NCBI RefSeq assembly: GCF_004010195.1 | Contig: NC_057719.1 | Coordinates: 19,813,189-19,863,338, forward strand | Direction of reading: 5' to 3' | Length of the DNA stretch: 50,150 bases | Origin: Chiloscyllium plagiosum | Lineage: Eukaryota | Shown: one piece after another, positions 47,881 through 50,150 of the stretch | Position numbering within the stretch: position 1 is the first letter of the stretch | How the letters are laid out: every line of letters starts with the position of its first letter | The notes under the pieces: generated by a model | Told to the model about the DNA's origin: nothing | Databases searched by the model: none | What the model saw: the letters and a program-made list of their open reading frames with translations, nothing else | Program-made: the position numbers and the translations under genes

Positions 47881-49304
47881 TTCTTCAGAACAGATGGTAG
47901 CGAGGAAAACGTTGTTTTTTATGCAGAAGATAAGGTGGAGGAGGGGTAAGGAGTAAATGGTAGGTGGAGATAGAGCCCAAAGTGGGCAAAGGAGTAGTTA
48001 ATGCATAGTCTAGGAGAATGAAAGCTATTAGTGGACACTTAGTGGCTACTGATGGGTGGTGTGTAATAGCAGACCATGTCATAAGAAGGCCTGGTGTGTT
48101 GGGGCTGGGGTAAGGACTGGGAGAAGATGACTCAAATCCGAAAATTGTTGAACTTGATATTGATGGGGCATCTTGCTGGAGGTGGGATGCCTCCTTCACA
48201 GCTGGACACAACTGGTCACAATTCCACTAACCGATCAGCAACCCCTTGCTGGCTAATTTTCACTTTGTATGCATCTGACGCCATTTCAATTTCCCCCTAG
48301 TCCTGATATTTGCAGTACAACAGTGTAAAAAAATAGCTTGCAATAGCTTTCAGTAACTTGGTTTTTAAAAGTATGACAACTCCTTCATCAGTGGTTGGTG
48401 TAAAACAGCCCTTTTTCCCAATTCAGCCCCCATTCAAAAATAAACCAAAATAAAAATATGCCTTACCCTTACAAGATGAAACATCATTTCAGAACAGTAT
48501 TTCATCACAAGGCATGTGATATAAAACAACAAAACATGAGTTTTATTCTTCCTCCACCCCCCCACCTTGTGCAACATTATATAATCCTAGCATGTCTTAA
48601 ACCTCTAATTTATTCCATTATTTTACATCATGGCAATTTTATATATTGCATTATATATAATTATATATTACATTATCTTTTCCAGTGATATGCATATTTT
48701 TAAATATCAAGTGGTTGAAACAAAGAATCTAGCTGAATAGTCCCAAATTTTGAGTTTTAATTGTTCTAAAGAATGCATTGGGATTATGATAAAGGTGGAC
48801 TCATGTTTCTTTGTTAGAAATAGAATCCAAAATGTTGAAGGCCCGATAATAATACTAAGACACTTTTCTATGATTGTGTATTTCCTTTGATACAATTTAG
48901 TTTCTAAGAGAAGTAGCCCAACAGTTTCTGAGTTCCTGACTCATCATCTAACAAGGCTACATCTACCCCAAATCACGAGCATCAATTGCCACTTTGGAAG
49001 CTCTGGAAAAAAATCAGGGGAACCAATAAAGGTTCATTTATTAGGATTACTTTCAGTCTCTAAAATAACTGCTTAGAATTATGCTGTTTCTTTCAAACAT
49101 TTGTTAAAGGTACAGCTATTGTTTTGAAATTAGGCACAAATCTCCTACACATTCTGACTGACTTGGAAATATATCACCATTCCTTCACTGTTGCTGGGTC
49201 AAATCTGAAGGAAATAAGGGCTATGGGGAGAGTGCGGGTAAGTGGAATTGAAACACTCATCAGCCATGATTAAATGGCAGAGTGGACTCGAAGGGCTGAA
49301 TGGA

Positions 49305-50150
49305 TTCGTGGTGCTGGAAGAGCACAGCAGTTCAGGCAGCATCCAAGGAGCTTCGAAATCGACGTTTCGGGCAAAAGCCCTTCATCAGGTATAAAGGCAG
49401 TGAGCCTGGAGCGTGGAGAGATAAGCTAGAGGAGGGTGGGGGTATGGAGAAAGTAGCATAGAGTACAATAGGTGAGTGGGAGAGGGGATGAAGGTGATAG
49501 GTCAGGGAGAAGAGGGTGGAGTGGATAGGTGGAAAAGGAGATAGGCAGGTAGGACAAGTCCGGACAAGTCATGGGGACAGTGCTAAGCTGGAAGCTTAGA
49601 ACGAGGGTAAGGTGGGGGAAGGGGAAATGAGGAAACTGTTGAAGTCCACATTGACGCCCTGGGGTTGAAGTGTTCCGAGGCGGAAGATGAGGCGTTCTTC
49701 CTCCAGGTGTCTGGTGGTGAGGGAGCGGCGGTGAAGGAGGCCCAGGACCTCCATGTCCTCGGCAGAGTAGGAGGGGGAGTTGAAATGTTGGGCCACGGGG
49801 CGGTGGGGTTGATTGGTGCGGGTGTCCCGGAGATGTTCCCTAAAGCGCTCTGCAAGGAGGCGCCTAGTCTCCCCAATGTAGAGGAGACCGCATTGGGAGC
49901 AACGGATACAATAAATGATATTCGTGGATGTGCAAGTAAAACTTTGATGGATATGGAAGGCTCCTATAGAGCCTTGGATAGAGGTGAGGGAGGAGGTGTG
50001 GGCGCAGGTTTTACAGTTCCTGCGGTGGCAGGGGAAGGTGCCAGGATGGGAGGGTGGGTTGTAGGGGGGCGTAGACCTGACCAGGAAGTCACGGAGGGAA
50101 CAGTCTTTGCGGAAGGCGGAAAGGGGTGGGGAGGGAAATATATCCCTGGT
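49305..50150 (-). mobile_element. Neptune-type PLE running off the window end
   Basis: SLRDFLVRS..GTFPCHRRNCKTCAH..LYIGET..AQHFNS..EERLIFRLGTLQPQGVN. Confidence 0.93.
49357..49392 (-). ncRNA. Minimal type I hammerhead ribozyme motif (weak stem I)
   Basis: AUAC CUGAUGA A GGGC-UUUU-GCCC GAA ACGU C GAUU. Confidence 0.72.

Overview
Repeat-dominated, gene-poor vertebrate DNA, almost certainly from a cartilaginous fish (shark); this is inferred from HE1-type SINEs, HER1/CR1 LINEs and SacSINE1-like Deu-SINEs, recognised by eye without a database. No host protein-coding gene was confidently identified; almost all listed ORFs are transposon fragments, antisense shadows or read-throughs of two N gaps (16295-17214, 36669-37215). 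Contents: about 16 CR1 LINE copies or fragments, including a ~10 kb nested stack at 13.4-23.6 kb; several Penelope-like element (PLE) copies with RT/GIY-YIG remains; a Rex1/Babar RT fragment; 9 HE1-like SINEs; 2 Deu-domain SINEs; 2 decayed, spliced Myb/SANT genes of PIF/Harbinger type. The most notable signal is RNA-level. PLE ends of at least four sequence families carry minimal type I hammerhead ribozyme motifs (CUGAnGA-stem II-GAA-palindrome-H) with covarying stems. Two ~220 bp TSD-flanked palindromic mini-elements carry a hammerhead motif on each strand. A 538 bp composite ending in a PLE-type tail appears to have been retrocopied into a SINE with a perfect 10 bp TSD.
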